In this document: positions 9,150-17,115 of the stretch, in pieces
Numbering within the stretch: the first letter of the stretch is position 1
Layout of the letters: each line of letters begins with the position of its first letter
Assembly (NCBI RefSeq): GCF_000039765.1
Contig: NC_004460.2
Location: 660,001-692,000, forward strand
Length of the DNA: 32,000 bases
From: Vibrio vulnificus CMCP6
GTDB taxonomy: Bacteria; Pseudomonadota; Gammaproteobacteria; Enterobacterales; Vibrionaceae
Reading direction: 5' to 3'
Notes under the pieces: model-generated
The model's input: only the letters and a program-made list of their open reading frames with translations
The model's database searches: none
Told to the model about the DNA's origin: nothing
Translations under genes and position numbers: made by a program

Positions 9150-10129
9150 TGCGTACCATCATCCTTGTTTTTGTCATCACCCTGTCCGCGCTTACCGCGG
9201 GCATGGGTTTTATCACGCTGTTCTCTGGTAACGAGAGTAATGCCGCCACTTCTGCTCAACGAGTGGAGGCCACATCATCTCAGAGTGTAGACACCATTCA
9301 TCATCAACCAACAGACACGATGGTTGCCACTAATGTAAATAGCGTTTCAGCGCGAAAGCAAACCGACAAAACATCCTCAAGCGAGTTACTGGCGGAAATC
9401 CTCCAACAAGCTCAAGGCCAAGAATTGATTGCTGAACTGGACGCCTTTTGGCTCGAATGCCAACCAGAGAAAGGATGCGAAGAACAATTGATGGCGTTAT
9501 CGCCTTATCTCTCAGCGGAACTGTTTGCGCTACTCTCTCAATACCCAGAATTGAACGCACAATGGCAACGCCATTTAGGCGATCTGCTATTTGACAAACA
9601 GCAAGCCTTAAGCGCTCGAATCGCGCAACTTAAAGCACAAGCGAGGGAGATTTGGGGCGAGTTGGCAGATATTCTGTTTGCCGATGAGTTCGCGCTTTAC
9701 GATTTCAGTCTCGACACCGAATCCATTCGCCAAAGCGATCCCGAGGAATTTGTAGCCAATTTTCAGCGTTTGATGGAGCAGTGGCAAAACCGCGAACAAT
9801 CATTAGGACTAGTGAACGATAGTGCCAAATATGAACGAGGTATTTCGCTCATCCCAAGTCATTTTAGCGATGCAGAGCAAGCCGCTATTCGTCAAACTCT
9901 GGAGCAAACTTATCTGTCCAAAGAAGAGCGTGCCAATCTTCAAGCTCGTGAACAAACGGTCGCTAAGCAACAGCAGCAAGTACAAGACTACCAAACCGCC
10001 CTTGCTGAGCTGCAATCGCACCTTAACAAACAAAGAGCCACCAGCCATGCAGAATGGCCTGAATCTGACTGGCAAAATTACTACCAACAGCAAGTCAGTG
10101 AATTTCGCCGTATGTTTTTCTCTTCCTAA
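9146..10129 (+). CDS. Membrane-anchored, Q/E-rich helical protein, possibly a lipase-chaperone (Lif)-like foldase for the upstream enzyme
   Basis: The ATGA start/stop overlap with the EEP gene indicates translational coupling. It has an N-terminal TM anchor (IILVFVITLSALTAGMGFITLF). The helical, Q-rich body is reminiscent of Vibrio Lif proteins, but I did not see the canonical RxxFDY(F/C)L(S/T)A motif. Confidence 0.45.
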   Translation: MMRTIILVFVITLSALTAGMGFITLFSGNESNAATSAQRVEATSSQSVDTIHHQPTDTMVATNVNSVSARKQTDKTSSSELLAEILQQAQGQELIAELDAFWLECQPEKGCEEQLMALSPYLSAELFALLSQYPELNAQWQRHLGDLLFDKQQALSARIAQLKAQAREIWGELADILFADEFALYDFSLDTESIRQSDPEEFVANFQRLMEQWQNREQSLGLVNDSAKYERGISLIPSHFSDAEQAAIRQTLEQTYLSKEERANLQAREQTVAKQQQQVQDYQTALAELQSHLNKQRATSHAEWPESDWQNYYQQQVSEFRRMFFSS

Positions 10130-10136
10130 GCCAAGC

Positions 10137-10175
10137 AAAAGGCACTTCACAGCTTAACGTCAGTGCCTTTTTACT
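10137..10175. terminator. Bidirectional terminator between convergent genes
   Basis: AAAAGGCACT...AGTGCCTTTT hairpin followed by T residues. Confidence 0.65.
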
Positions 10176-10190
10176 CAACTGTAAGGGTTC

Positions 10191-10622
10191 TTATGAGCGC
10201 TTTGCCAAAGACTTCCTTAAACCAATTCGGCTATGCCCTGCTGGGAAATCATCAAAGCGCGTGAATTCTTCAAACCCCAAGCTTTGATAAAACTGTGGAG
10301 CCTGCCAACTTTGTGTCCAGAGCCACAAACCAGATAACGAATGTTGTTTCGCGTACTCCTCTGCTTGAGCCATCAGCTTTTTGCCCATTCCCGTACCTCG
10401 GCATGCCTCATCAACCCAAAGCTCATCAATGTAGAGCCAATCCCAGAGTAAGTCTGCCGTTAACACAGCGATGAGGTTGCCCTGCTCATCCTCCACAGTC
10501 CAATTAAAACGTTCTTTTTGGTAAGGCGGTGCCAATTGCGTTTCACTGTGAGATTCAAACCCAGCACTGAGTTGACGCTGCTTACCCTCACCTAAAGGAC
10601 CTGCCGTAAAATCAATCTTCAT
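10191..10622 (-). CDS. GNAT-family acetyltransferase
   Basis: 143 aa. The segment YIDELWVDEACRGTGMGKKLMAQAEEYA is the GNAT motif A (R/Q-x-x-G-x-G/A), followed by FYQSLGFEEF. Confidence 0.8.
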   Translation of the reverse strand: MKIDFTAGPLGEGKQRQLSAGFESHSETQLAPPYQKERFNWTVEDEQGNLIAVLTADLLWDWLYIDELWVDEACRGTGMGKKLMAQAEEYAKQHSLSGLWLWTQSWQAPQFYQSLGFEEFTRFDDFPAGHSRIGLRKSLAKRS

Positions 10623-10700
10623 CTTTTTCTCGTTTCTGTTTACCCGTTATGCTGAGCGCAGAGTATCGCACGGCAGCCGATGAAACCTTTAATTTTATTA

Positions 10701-10828
10701 ATACCCAAACTGCTTGGAGTTGTAGGTAGGCGGCAAGTGAGTTCATCCCTATGAGCATAGACAGACTAAGTAATTGGGGAGAAGGAACGAAGCCAACAGC
10801 GCGACAGCTTCAAGTAGGAAGGGGGTAT
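10701..10828. repeat. ERIC/IRU-like 128-bp intergenic repeat element (diverged)
   Basis: Terminal inverted arms are ATACCCaaaCTgCTTGgAG...CTtCAAGtAGgaagGGGGTAT. The core GCAAGTGAGTTCATCCCTATGAGCATAGAC...CTAAGTAATTGGGGAGAAGGAACG resembles the recalled ERIC primer regions (GTGAATCCCCAGGAGCTTACAT / AAGTAAGTGACTGGGGTGAGCG). The length matches ERIC at about 127 bp. Confidence 0.55.
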
Positions 10829-11026
10829 CACACTGTTAACTCAATTTGTTTGCCTCACCACCTCCCACTTTCATGTATGAAAACAACCGAAACATAGAAA
10901 ACTTCATTCATATTGATTAGAATGGCACGACAAATTTGTGTTACTCCCATTGAGAAGCACAACAATCTGGATTTTTCTATGCCGCCCTGACTTTTGTTGG
11001 GGCGGTATTGCGTTTAGGAGGAATAA

Positions 11027-11434
11027 ATGTCCAACACTGAATCGATCTGCGTATCAACGCTAGACATGGATCGTATTAGCGCACTTCTTGAAAAGATGGC
11101 GAACTTATCACCAGAATTGGAGAAGCTGGAAAATGAGTTAGATAGAGCCAACGTGCTCGCACCACAACAGATGCCCGACAACATCGTTACCATGAACTCA
11201 ACGGTGCGTTTTACGTTTGTCGGCAGTGACAAAGTCATGGAGAAAACATTAGTCTACCCAGACCAAGTTCGTAACCCCGATGACGTTTCTATTTTTGCCC
11301 CAGTTGGCAGCGCGTTGCTTGGCCTTTCTGTCGGCCAGCAGCTCACATGGCCAATGCCCGGCGGCGCAGAAAAAACCATCGAAATTCTCGAAGTGACTTA
11401 CCAACCAGAGCGCATGGGCGAATTTCATTTGTAA
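11027..11434 (+). CDS. rnk: Regulator of nucleoside diphosphate kinase Rnk (GreA/GreB-family C-terminal domain)
   Basis: 135 aa, collinear with recalled E. coli Rnk: DxxRIxxLLE, VVTMNSxVxF, TLVYP, APVGxALLGLxVG, then the YQPE tail. GGAGG lies before the ATG. Confidence 0.85.
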   Translation: MSNTESICVSTLDMDRISALLEKMANLSPELEKLENELDRANVLAPQQMPDNIVTMNSTVRFTFVGSDKVMEKTLVYPDQVRNPDDVSIFAPVGSALLGLSVGQQLTWPMPGGAEKTIEILEVTYQPERMGEFHL

Positions 11435-11444
11435 TGCTTAAGAC

Positions 11445-11518
11445 AAGAGCCGCAAAAGCGGCTCTTAATGGTAATGGTGTATGATTTTCGAGGTATCACA
11501 ATACCTTTCTTGACCAAA
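11445..11518. repeat. Left copy of an imperfect direct repeat (hairpin plus flanking sequence); att-like island boundary
   Basis: AAGAGCCGCAAAAGCGGCTCT (11445-11465) is identical to 21081-21101. TGATTTTCGAgGTaTC...CTT-ACCAAA then aligns with 21112-21148 at reduced identity. Confidence 0.5.
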
Positions 11519-11697
11519 TGACTGTTGTATCGCTTTCAGTTGAAAGAAGGCAAATTCGCATTGACGCTTTCATTGCTCCATCTTGAATCTCCCCTGAAGT
11601 GCATTCATCACTAGCGCTCCTGCCCCGTTAGAGCGATAATCCCGCCCTTTGTGAGCACCCAGCTCAACAACAGCAATACAGAAGTAGAAAGACAGCG

Positions 11698-12219
11698 ATG
11701 ACAACTGAGCCAACAGTCATAATTGGACTACACAATCCCAAAAGCCCCACCAATGTCGGCGCAGTGATGCGCGCGGCAGGTTGCTATAACGCCGCTCAGG
11801 TGCGCTACAACGGCACCCGTTATAGCCGAGCAGCTAGGTTTCAGACCGATACACAAAATAGTCATGAGCGGATTGATTTACTGGAGATGGAAGACCTCAC
11901 CGCCAGCCTTGACGGCGATGTCGAGATCGTTTGTGTCGAGTTGGTGGTCGGCGCCACTGCACTGCCGCATTTCGCCCATCCTGAAAAAGCCATTTATCTG
12001 TTTGGCCCGGAAGATGGTTCACTGCCGCAAGAGGTGGTCGACAAAGCACATCATGTTGTTTATATCCCCACTCACGGCTGCATGAATCTCGCCGCAACAG
12101 TCAATGTGGTGATGTACGATCGCTTAGCAAAAACACTCGACTCGATAGACGACCACGCACAAGTCATCGCTAATCGCGATAACAAAAACCGTTTGCGAGT
12201 TAAAGAGAGCTGCGATTAG
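11698..12219 (+). CDS. SpoU/TrmH-family RNA 2'-O-methyltransferase
   Basis: 173 aa. Contains NPKSPTNVGAVMRAAG (SPOUT motif 1), YLFGPEDGSLP (motif 2) and IPTHGCMNLAATVNVVMYD (motif 3). Confidence 0.82.
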   Translation: MTTEPTVIIGLHNPKSPTNVGAVMRAAGCYNAAQVRYNGTRYSRAARFQTDTQNSHERIDLLEMEDLTASLDGDVEIVCVELVVGATALPHFAHPEKAIYLFGPEDGSLPQEVVDKAHHVVYIPTHGCMNLAATVNVVMYDRLAKTLDSIDDHAQVIANRDNKNRLRVKESCD

Positions 12220-12360
12220 GGCAAGTGCTCAATATCAATGGTTAGACATACCGTAATCAACAAGCTTGTCTAGCGCTCTAATCATGGCGTAAATCTCGCG
12301 AGCCTGAGTGTTGCTGCTTCGAAAACTTAGTGATCTGCTCCAGAAAGACTGAGCACTTCA

Positions 12361-12645
12361 TTAAGCTACATTTTGTTGTTCAAAGTTAACTAGACATAGA
12401 TACTTAAGAGCACTGTGCCTTCTCCTCCGATTATAATCAACCTCTATATATTCGAAGATTTCTTGACGCACATCACCTTGCGCAATGTTCAGGTCATATT
12501 TGATTGCTCCTACTCTCATTGAATGGAAAAAGTACTCAACACAAGTGTGCCCCAGCAGATTCGTAGCAACAGGCATTTTATGCTTGCTGTACGCTATTCC
12601 CTTAAACTTGCATGCGGCTTTCGAAGTCAAATCTTGACGCTTCAT
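12361..12645 (-). pseudogene. IS3-family transposase OrfB, C-terminal fragment
   Basis: VEYFFHSMRVG...RQEIFEYIEVDYNRRRRHSALKYL..NFEQ matches the conserved IS3 OrfB tail (ESFF..LK...IFEYIE.FYN..R.HS.LGY.SP..FE). The catalytic core is missing. Confidence 0.75.
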
Positions 12646-12737
12646 ACTGGTTGCAATGCTTTTAATATTATAGCTATCACCGTTCTCAGTTAGTTCTTTT
12701 TAAATGCGCCTCACATCACATAGGCCTTCGATGTTAT

Positions 12738-13832
12738 CAAACTTGGATTCAAGTACGAAGTACGACACCTCTGAACATAAAAACAGTGAGATGCGATAAT
12801 CATGAAGTTTGCTCCCGCCAAGAAGTAAAAAACATGAAATACACGCACCTCACTGAGAACGAAAGATATATCTGCACTCAGAAAGCAAGGAATTAGTACC
12901 GCTAAAATAGCTAAACAACTGGGTCGTCACAAAGCTACTATCTATCGAGAAATTGAACGCAATTCCCGATACAACAGACACTTTAAAAGGTATTCCTATC
13001 AGGCGTGGAGAGCCCAACAAATGGCTCGCAACCGGCTGAGTCGCTCGCGCAGAAATAAGCGCTATACCGAACTTGACTTCAGGTTACCTGAAGCCTTGCT
13101 ACGACTGGATTGGAGTCCTGACCAAATCGTCGGATACCTGAGGGGAAGAGGCTATCCAACAATGAGCCACGAGCTCATTTATCAGTACGTTTGGAACGAC
13201 AAAACTTTCGGTGGAACATTATGGAAGCACCTACGCCAATCCACTAAGAAAAGGCGTAAAAGGCATAACTCAAAAGACAGCCGTGGACGGCTAGCTGCAA
13301 AACGTCATATTACCGAAAGACCAGCAAATGCTGAGCATCGAAAAGAGCCTGGTCATTGGGAAATTGATACCGTCGTTGGCCGAGGAACCAAGCACTGTAT
13401 CGTGACTTTAGTCGACAGAATGACTGGCTATACTTTTATTGGGCAAATGGGCGACAGAACAAGCGAGTCGCTCAACGTAAGAATGAGCAAAATCATGACC
13501 CGCTCTGACTTGCCTTTTAAGACGATAACTGCGGATAACGGCACTGAATTTCATGGTTATGCGCAACTAGAAAAAAAATCATAACTGTCTGTTTTACTTT
13601 GTAAATCCATATCACTCATGGGAGCTAGGCACTAATGAAAACACCAATGGCTTGATACGACAATACTTACCAAAACGAACTTCTATGTCACACGTGACAC
13701 AGAAGTTCTGCAATGAAATTGCCCACAAATTAAATACGCGCCCACGCAAAAGACTTGGGTATAGGACACCAACGGAGTATATTCATGCGCATCTGTAGAA
13801 AGTGTCGCACTTCAAACTTGATACTAAGAAAC
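12738..13832 (+). mobile_element. IS30-family insertion sequence (~1.1 kb) with inactivated transposase
   Basis: Imperfect terminal inverted repeats. The left arm, ...CTTGGATTCAAGTACGAAGTACGACAC, ends at 12768. The right arm, GTGTCGCACTTCAAACTTGATACTAAG..., starts at 13802. Confidence 0.6.
12834..13798 (+). pseudogene. IS30-family transposase with at least two frameshifts
   Basis: MKYTHLTENERY then shifts frame near 12866-12872 into ISALRKQGISTAKIAKQLGRHKATIYREIERN (HTH). The DDE core runs through HWEIDTV...TADNGTEF. A second shift occurs in the A8 run at 13571-13578, after which the frame continues NPYHSWELGTNENTNGLIRQYLPK...RPRKRLGYRTPTE to TAG at 13796-13798. Confidence 0.85.
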
Positions 13833-14265
13833 ACCTCCTTGACCGTGGTATCATGCTCTTGGCGATTAACCTCGCGCTGGAACCTTGTGACGGTGCTATA
13901 TCCAGCAATAATACTCGATTCGAGATACCCCAAACACCTTAGCCATACGGACAACATTGAAGCAAAGTAGGTGTTCGAGCATAAATTCTTAGCAATCTAA
14001 TCTAGACTTTTCGAGAAGTAGGTAGCGGCCTTTTTACTATATAACTCTTCAACTTGCTCAGCCAATTGCCTTTTTAGCTTGGCCACTTCAGATCCTAGAT
14101 CTTTTTCTACTGACAGGTACTGGTGTCTTTCTTCAAGGCCCGACGCCAAGCCTAGATCTGGGATTAGTCTAACGAGAGGAGCCTCGCCGCCATAACTGCT
14201 ACCACTTTTTCTGCTAGAGTCATATAAATTCAGGAAAATGAGTATACGTTTTTCTTGTTTATCAT
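13833..14265 (-). pseudogene. IS3-family OrfA and OrfB N-terminal remnant (frameshifted)
   Basis: The minus-strand reading from ATG 14265 stops after 11 codons. The shifted frame ends EVAKLKRQLAEQVEELYSKKAATYFSKSLD*, a typical IS3 OrfA leucine-zipper tail (..ILKKAAAYFAK). Downstream, LGYLESSIIAGY...VNRQEHDTTVKEVF resembles an OrfB N-terminus. Confidence 0.5.
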
Positions 14266-14436
14266 GGTTAACCTCGTTAGTGATTGTATTCAGTTAATTC
14301 GGAGTCCAAAACTGCTGGTTCGGCTCAATACCGAGTTCCCTTCTTTTCTACACACCAATGAACTACATTTAGGAACAGCTATTTAGCTGGGGCTAATTCA
14401 TGATAAAATATCTGCCTTAAGTCAGGAATCAACTTT

Positions 14437-15216
14437 ATGTTTGTATTATCAAAAGGATCGATATCTTTAAAAAGCTTAGATCGACTCTCATCGTATGTCG
14501 TGATCAGTTCACTGCTGGTGTTTTTTACGCAGCACCTGTACGAAAACCACATATTTCAGTACATCGACATTTGTGTTTTGATCTATTTTTCGCTGGAATT
14601 TTTCTTGAGAGTACACGTGCTGTCGTGGAAAAAATATTTTCAGTCTCCATCCTGTCAGTTTGACTTTTTTTTGCTGGTTGTCAGCCTAGTTGCCATACCC
14701 ATATCCAATATCGATAGTGTGATATATTTACGAGTGTTCAGGTTAATCTCGGTTATCCGCGTATTCAAGATCGTTCCAAACGGTTCACAAGTTCTGAGTG
14801 GATTAGCTCGGGCGATCAAAAGCTCCAAAGCGGTGTTGATCCTGCTTTTCTGCCTGCTGTGCTTCTTTTCACTTATTGGATTTATCCTGTTTTCCTCCAG
14901 CGTTCCCGAATATTTCAGTACTCCATTAACATCACTCAACACGGTCTTTGAGATATTTACCATTGAAAACTGGGGCGCATTGCCGGACTCTATCGATAAA
15001 ACTACCCATCCCCTGCTGCACGCAAGCGTCAATGCCTTTACCATCATCGTCCTGGTCAGCGGAGGCTTTATTGCGGTCTCTCTGGCGAATGCCGTGTTCG
15101 TTGATGAACTGGTCAGTGACAACAATGATGATATCAAGCGGGAGATTCTTGAACTAAGACGAGAAAATCGTGAGATTAAACAGCTACTTACGGAGATAAA
15201 CAAAAAGATTGGATAA
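14437..15216 (+). CDS. Six-TM voltage-gated ion channel homologue of the bacterial sodium channel (BacNav/NaChBac/NavAb) family
   Basis: Collinear with recalled NavAb across four regions. S2-S3: FSLEFFLRV...FDFFLLVVSLV. S4 has basic residues every third position: YLRVFRLISVIRVFK. Pore helix and filter: LNTVFEIFTIENWG, versus NavAb FQVMTLESWS. There is also an S6 and a C-terminal coiled coil (DDIKREILELRRENREIKQLLTEI). Confidence 0.75.
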   Translation: MFVLSKGSISLKSLDRLSSYVVISSLLVFFTQHLYENHIFQYIDICVLIYFSLEFFLRVHVLSWKKYFQSPSCQFDFFLLVVSLVAIPISNIDSVIYLRVFRLISVIRVFKIVPNGSQVLSGLARAIKSSKAVLILLFCLLCFFSLIGFILFSSSVPEYFSTPLTSLNTVFEIFTIENWGALPDSIDKTTHPLLHASVNAFTIIVLVSGGFIAVSLANAVFVDELVSDNNDDIKREILELRRENREIKQLLTEINKKIG

Positions 15217-15217
15217 G

Positions 15218-15240
15218 AACGCCTCTGATTCAGAGGCGTT
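15218..15240. terminator. Bidirectional terminator between the channel gene and the convergent five-gene cassette
   Basis: AACGCCTC-TGATTCA-GAGGCGTT perfect hairpin. It sits 2 bp after the channel stop and 6 bp from the stop of the HNH gene. Confidence 0.7.
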
Positions 15241-15245
15241 GTGGG

Positions 15246-17105
15246 TTATGCGATTTCCAGCGTATTATTGTTTTCTAGCAGGGCCATAAAATCATCGCTG
15301 GATCTGATTTTAAGATCGATTTTCATGAAATCGGCTATCACTTCAACGTCAGAGTTGACGTTACTGTCATCATCAATGGCTCTTGATAGATGTTCAGTCA
15401 GCGAACGAAACTGTAGTTTATCTTGGGCCAGCTTGGCTATCGACGCCTCTTCAAACGCATCCGTGTTGTCTTTGATTTGCTGAATTCTCATCTCAAAAAC
15501 TTCTTTTACCCGCTTAGTGCGCAACTCGGCCTTGGTTGAAAAAATATCGGCCTGATCAAGCAGCCAAACCACCAAGGTTGAACCAATCCCTGACACCATG
15601 ATGCTGGTCGCCTCTTTGAGATGCTCACCCACCACAGGGATCATGTCGACATACGGTGATATCACCTGCTCAAAGGTGAAACTCACATAGGTAACCACGG
15701 TCGTGGCAAGCAACTTGGTAATCGCATCGGCTTTTTGAGCTGGAGTGCTGTCACTGAACAAGATCTTGACCGCCTGAATCATGGCATTGAATCCTTCAGA
15801 AATGATCTTCAGCGCCCGTTTTAACATTCCAACAAACAGGTTAACAACCGCATTGATCAGGTACTTTACAAAGTTTTTCAGTGCGTCCTTGATAACATCA
15901 AACCCGATGTGTTTCAGGTTCGCCGTGATGTAACGATACGCTCTCTTAAACCGTAGACCTATCGCATCTAACTTGGAATCGGTCTCAAGCCCGGAAAGCA
16001 CGCCATGTTGTAAAATGTCTCGCAGCTCAAAGAAAATGGGCTTAATGATGAGAATGATGAGCTCACCAATCCCCTTTTCTTCCAGCTCATCTTTCGCCTG
16101 ACTGTAGGCTTCCTTCGCCAGCTTTTTTCCTATGCCATGATCTGTTTTTAACTTGTTGGCCACCACTTTGTTCAGATCACTTTCGATCGCCGCCTTGGCT
16201 GTTTTTTCCGCCTCCAGGGCATTATCCAGCGTTTTTTTCGTCGGCAGGTCATTTAACTCCTGCAGCTCCGACTTGGATAGGGTCCCCGCTCTTTGCTTAT
16301 CCTCAAGCCGGCCTCGCTTGTTCTCGACCCATTGCTGGTATTCACTCCAGGATTTATCTCCTTTTGACGTGTTAAGCTTTCCGGAAATATTCTTAAAATT
16401 CGCGTCCTGGTTGAGCGCCATTTTTAGATCATCGAGCGAAATTGCTTTACTCTGACCATACTCCTCAAAAGCATGTTTCAGCGGAACTTGGTGATCAACA
16501 TTAATCTCACTTTTGGAATAGTTGCTCCCCTGCTCTTTTTTCGCCTGGTTGAGCGCATCGCTTCGCCGGTATAAATAGCGTTTCTGCCCCTGTTCATTGA
16601 CTTCAAGCTCACTTTCGATGCGCCGGTTATTTTTGATACGTCTGTCCAGGTAGTCATCGAGCTTATCGGTATCTTCGACTATCTTCCGCTTACCTTTGTA
16701 TGGCCCCTTATCGTCTCGCTGCTTTCGCGTATGCTCGTCCAGACGTTGTTTATCGAGCCGATGATCGACCGCCATGCTCGCCGACGCATCATAACTGAAA
16801 CTCTGTAACTCATTCACCAACCGGGAGGCTGTAAGCCCCTTTTTTGACAACTTGAGTTTCGGGTGGCTGACCAGGCCGTCACACACGTTCAGCAGGATCG
16901 GCTTAACCAGTGACTCGCCGATGCCCGCTTGACTGTCAGCTACTTGCTCCTCAATGCTCTGTAACACTTCTAGGCTGTCTCGCTGATCGTGCAATTCGAC
17001 ATCGAGCAACACTTTGCAGGCCTGCAGTGGCGAGCAGCCCTCAAGCCGCTCAACTAGCTCGCTACTGGAGAATGACTCGATCTCAAAATCGTGCTTGCTT
17101 GCCAT
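15246..17105 (-). CDS. 619-aa fusion protein: N-terminal domain of unknown function, HNH (His-Me finger) nuclease motif, coiled coil, C-terminal hydrophobic/amphipathic helical domain
   Basis: I take the start at ATG 17105, behind GAGGAGG and 10 bp after the upstream stop. The track start 17192 overlaps the upstream gene. HNH motif: INVDHQVPL (DH at 16491-16496)...NFKNISGKLNTSKGDKS. Hydrophobic helices: GELIILIIKPIFFEL, YLINAVVNLFVGML, LLATTVVTYVSFTF, SIMVSGIGSTLVVWLL. Confidence 0.7.
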   Translation of the reverse strand: MASKHDFEIESFSSSELVERLEGCSPLQACKVLLDVELHDQRDSLEVLQSIEEQVADSQAGIGESLVKPILLNVCDGLVSHPKLKLSKKGLTASRLVNELQSFSYDASASMAVDHRLDKQRLDEHTRKQRDDKGPYKGKRKIVEDTDKLDDYLDRRIKNNRRIESELEVNEQGQKRYLYRRSDALNQAKKEQGSNYSKSEINVDHQVPLKHAFEEYGQSKAISLDDLKMALNQDANFKNISGKLNTSKGDKSWSEYQQWVENKRGRLEDKQRAGTLSKSELQELNDLPTKKTLDNALEAEKTAKAAIESDLNKVVANKLKTDHGIGKKLAKEAYSQAKDELEEKGIGELIILIIKPIFFELRDILQHGVLSGLETDSKLDAIGLRFKRAYRYITANLKHIGFDVIKDALKNFVKYLINAVVNLFVGMLKRALKIISEGFNAMIQAVKILFSDSTPAQKADAITKLLATTVVTYVSFTFEQVISPYVDMIPVVGEHLKEATSIMVSGIGSTLVVWLLDQADIFSTKAELRTKRVKEVFEMRIQQIKDNTDAFEEASIAKLAQDKLQFRSLTEHLSRAIDDDSNVNSDVEVIADFMKIDLKIRSSDDFMALLENNNTLEIA

Positions 17106-17115
17106 AATTACCTCC

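Larger units (their letters stand above)
12300..14327 (-). mobile_element. Decayed IS3-family element, internally deleted and interrupted by an IS30-family element
   Basis: OrfB C-terminus at 12361-12645 and OrfA/OrfB N-terminal remnants at 13833-14265. A candidate terminal sequence, TGAGCCGAACCAGCAGTTTTGGACTCC (read on the minus strand), ends at 14327. The left limit is approximate. Confidence 0.4.

Noticed and set aside
14655-15483. 182-aa minus-strand ORF (14655-15203) antisense to the channel gene, and 80-aa plus-strand ORF (15241-15483) antisense to the HNH gene
   Set aside because: The channel frame has a full Ion_trans-type architecture, and the HNH gene frame is continuous with catalytic motifs. 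The antisense products are S/L/R-rich with no motif.
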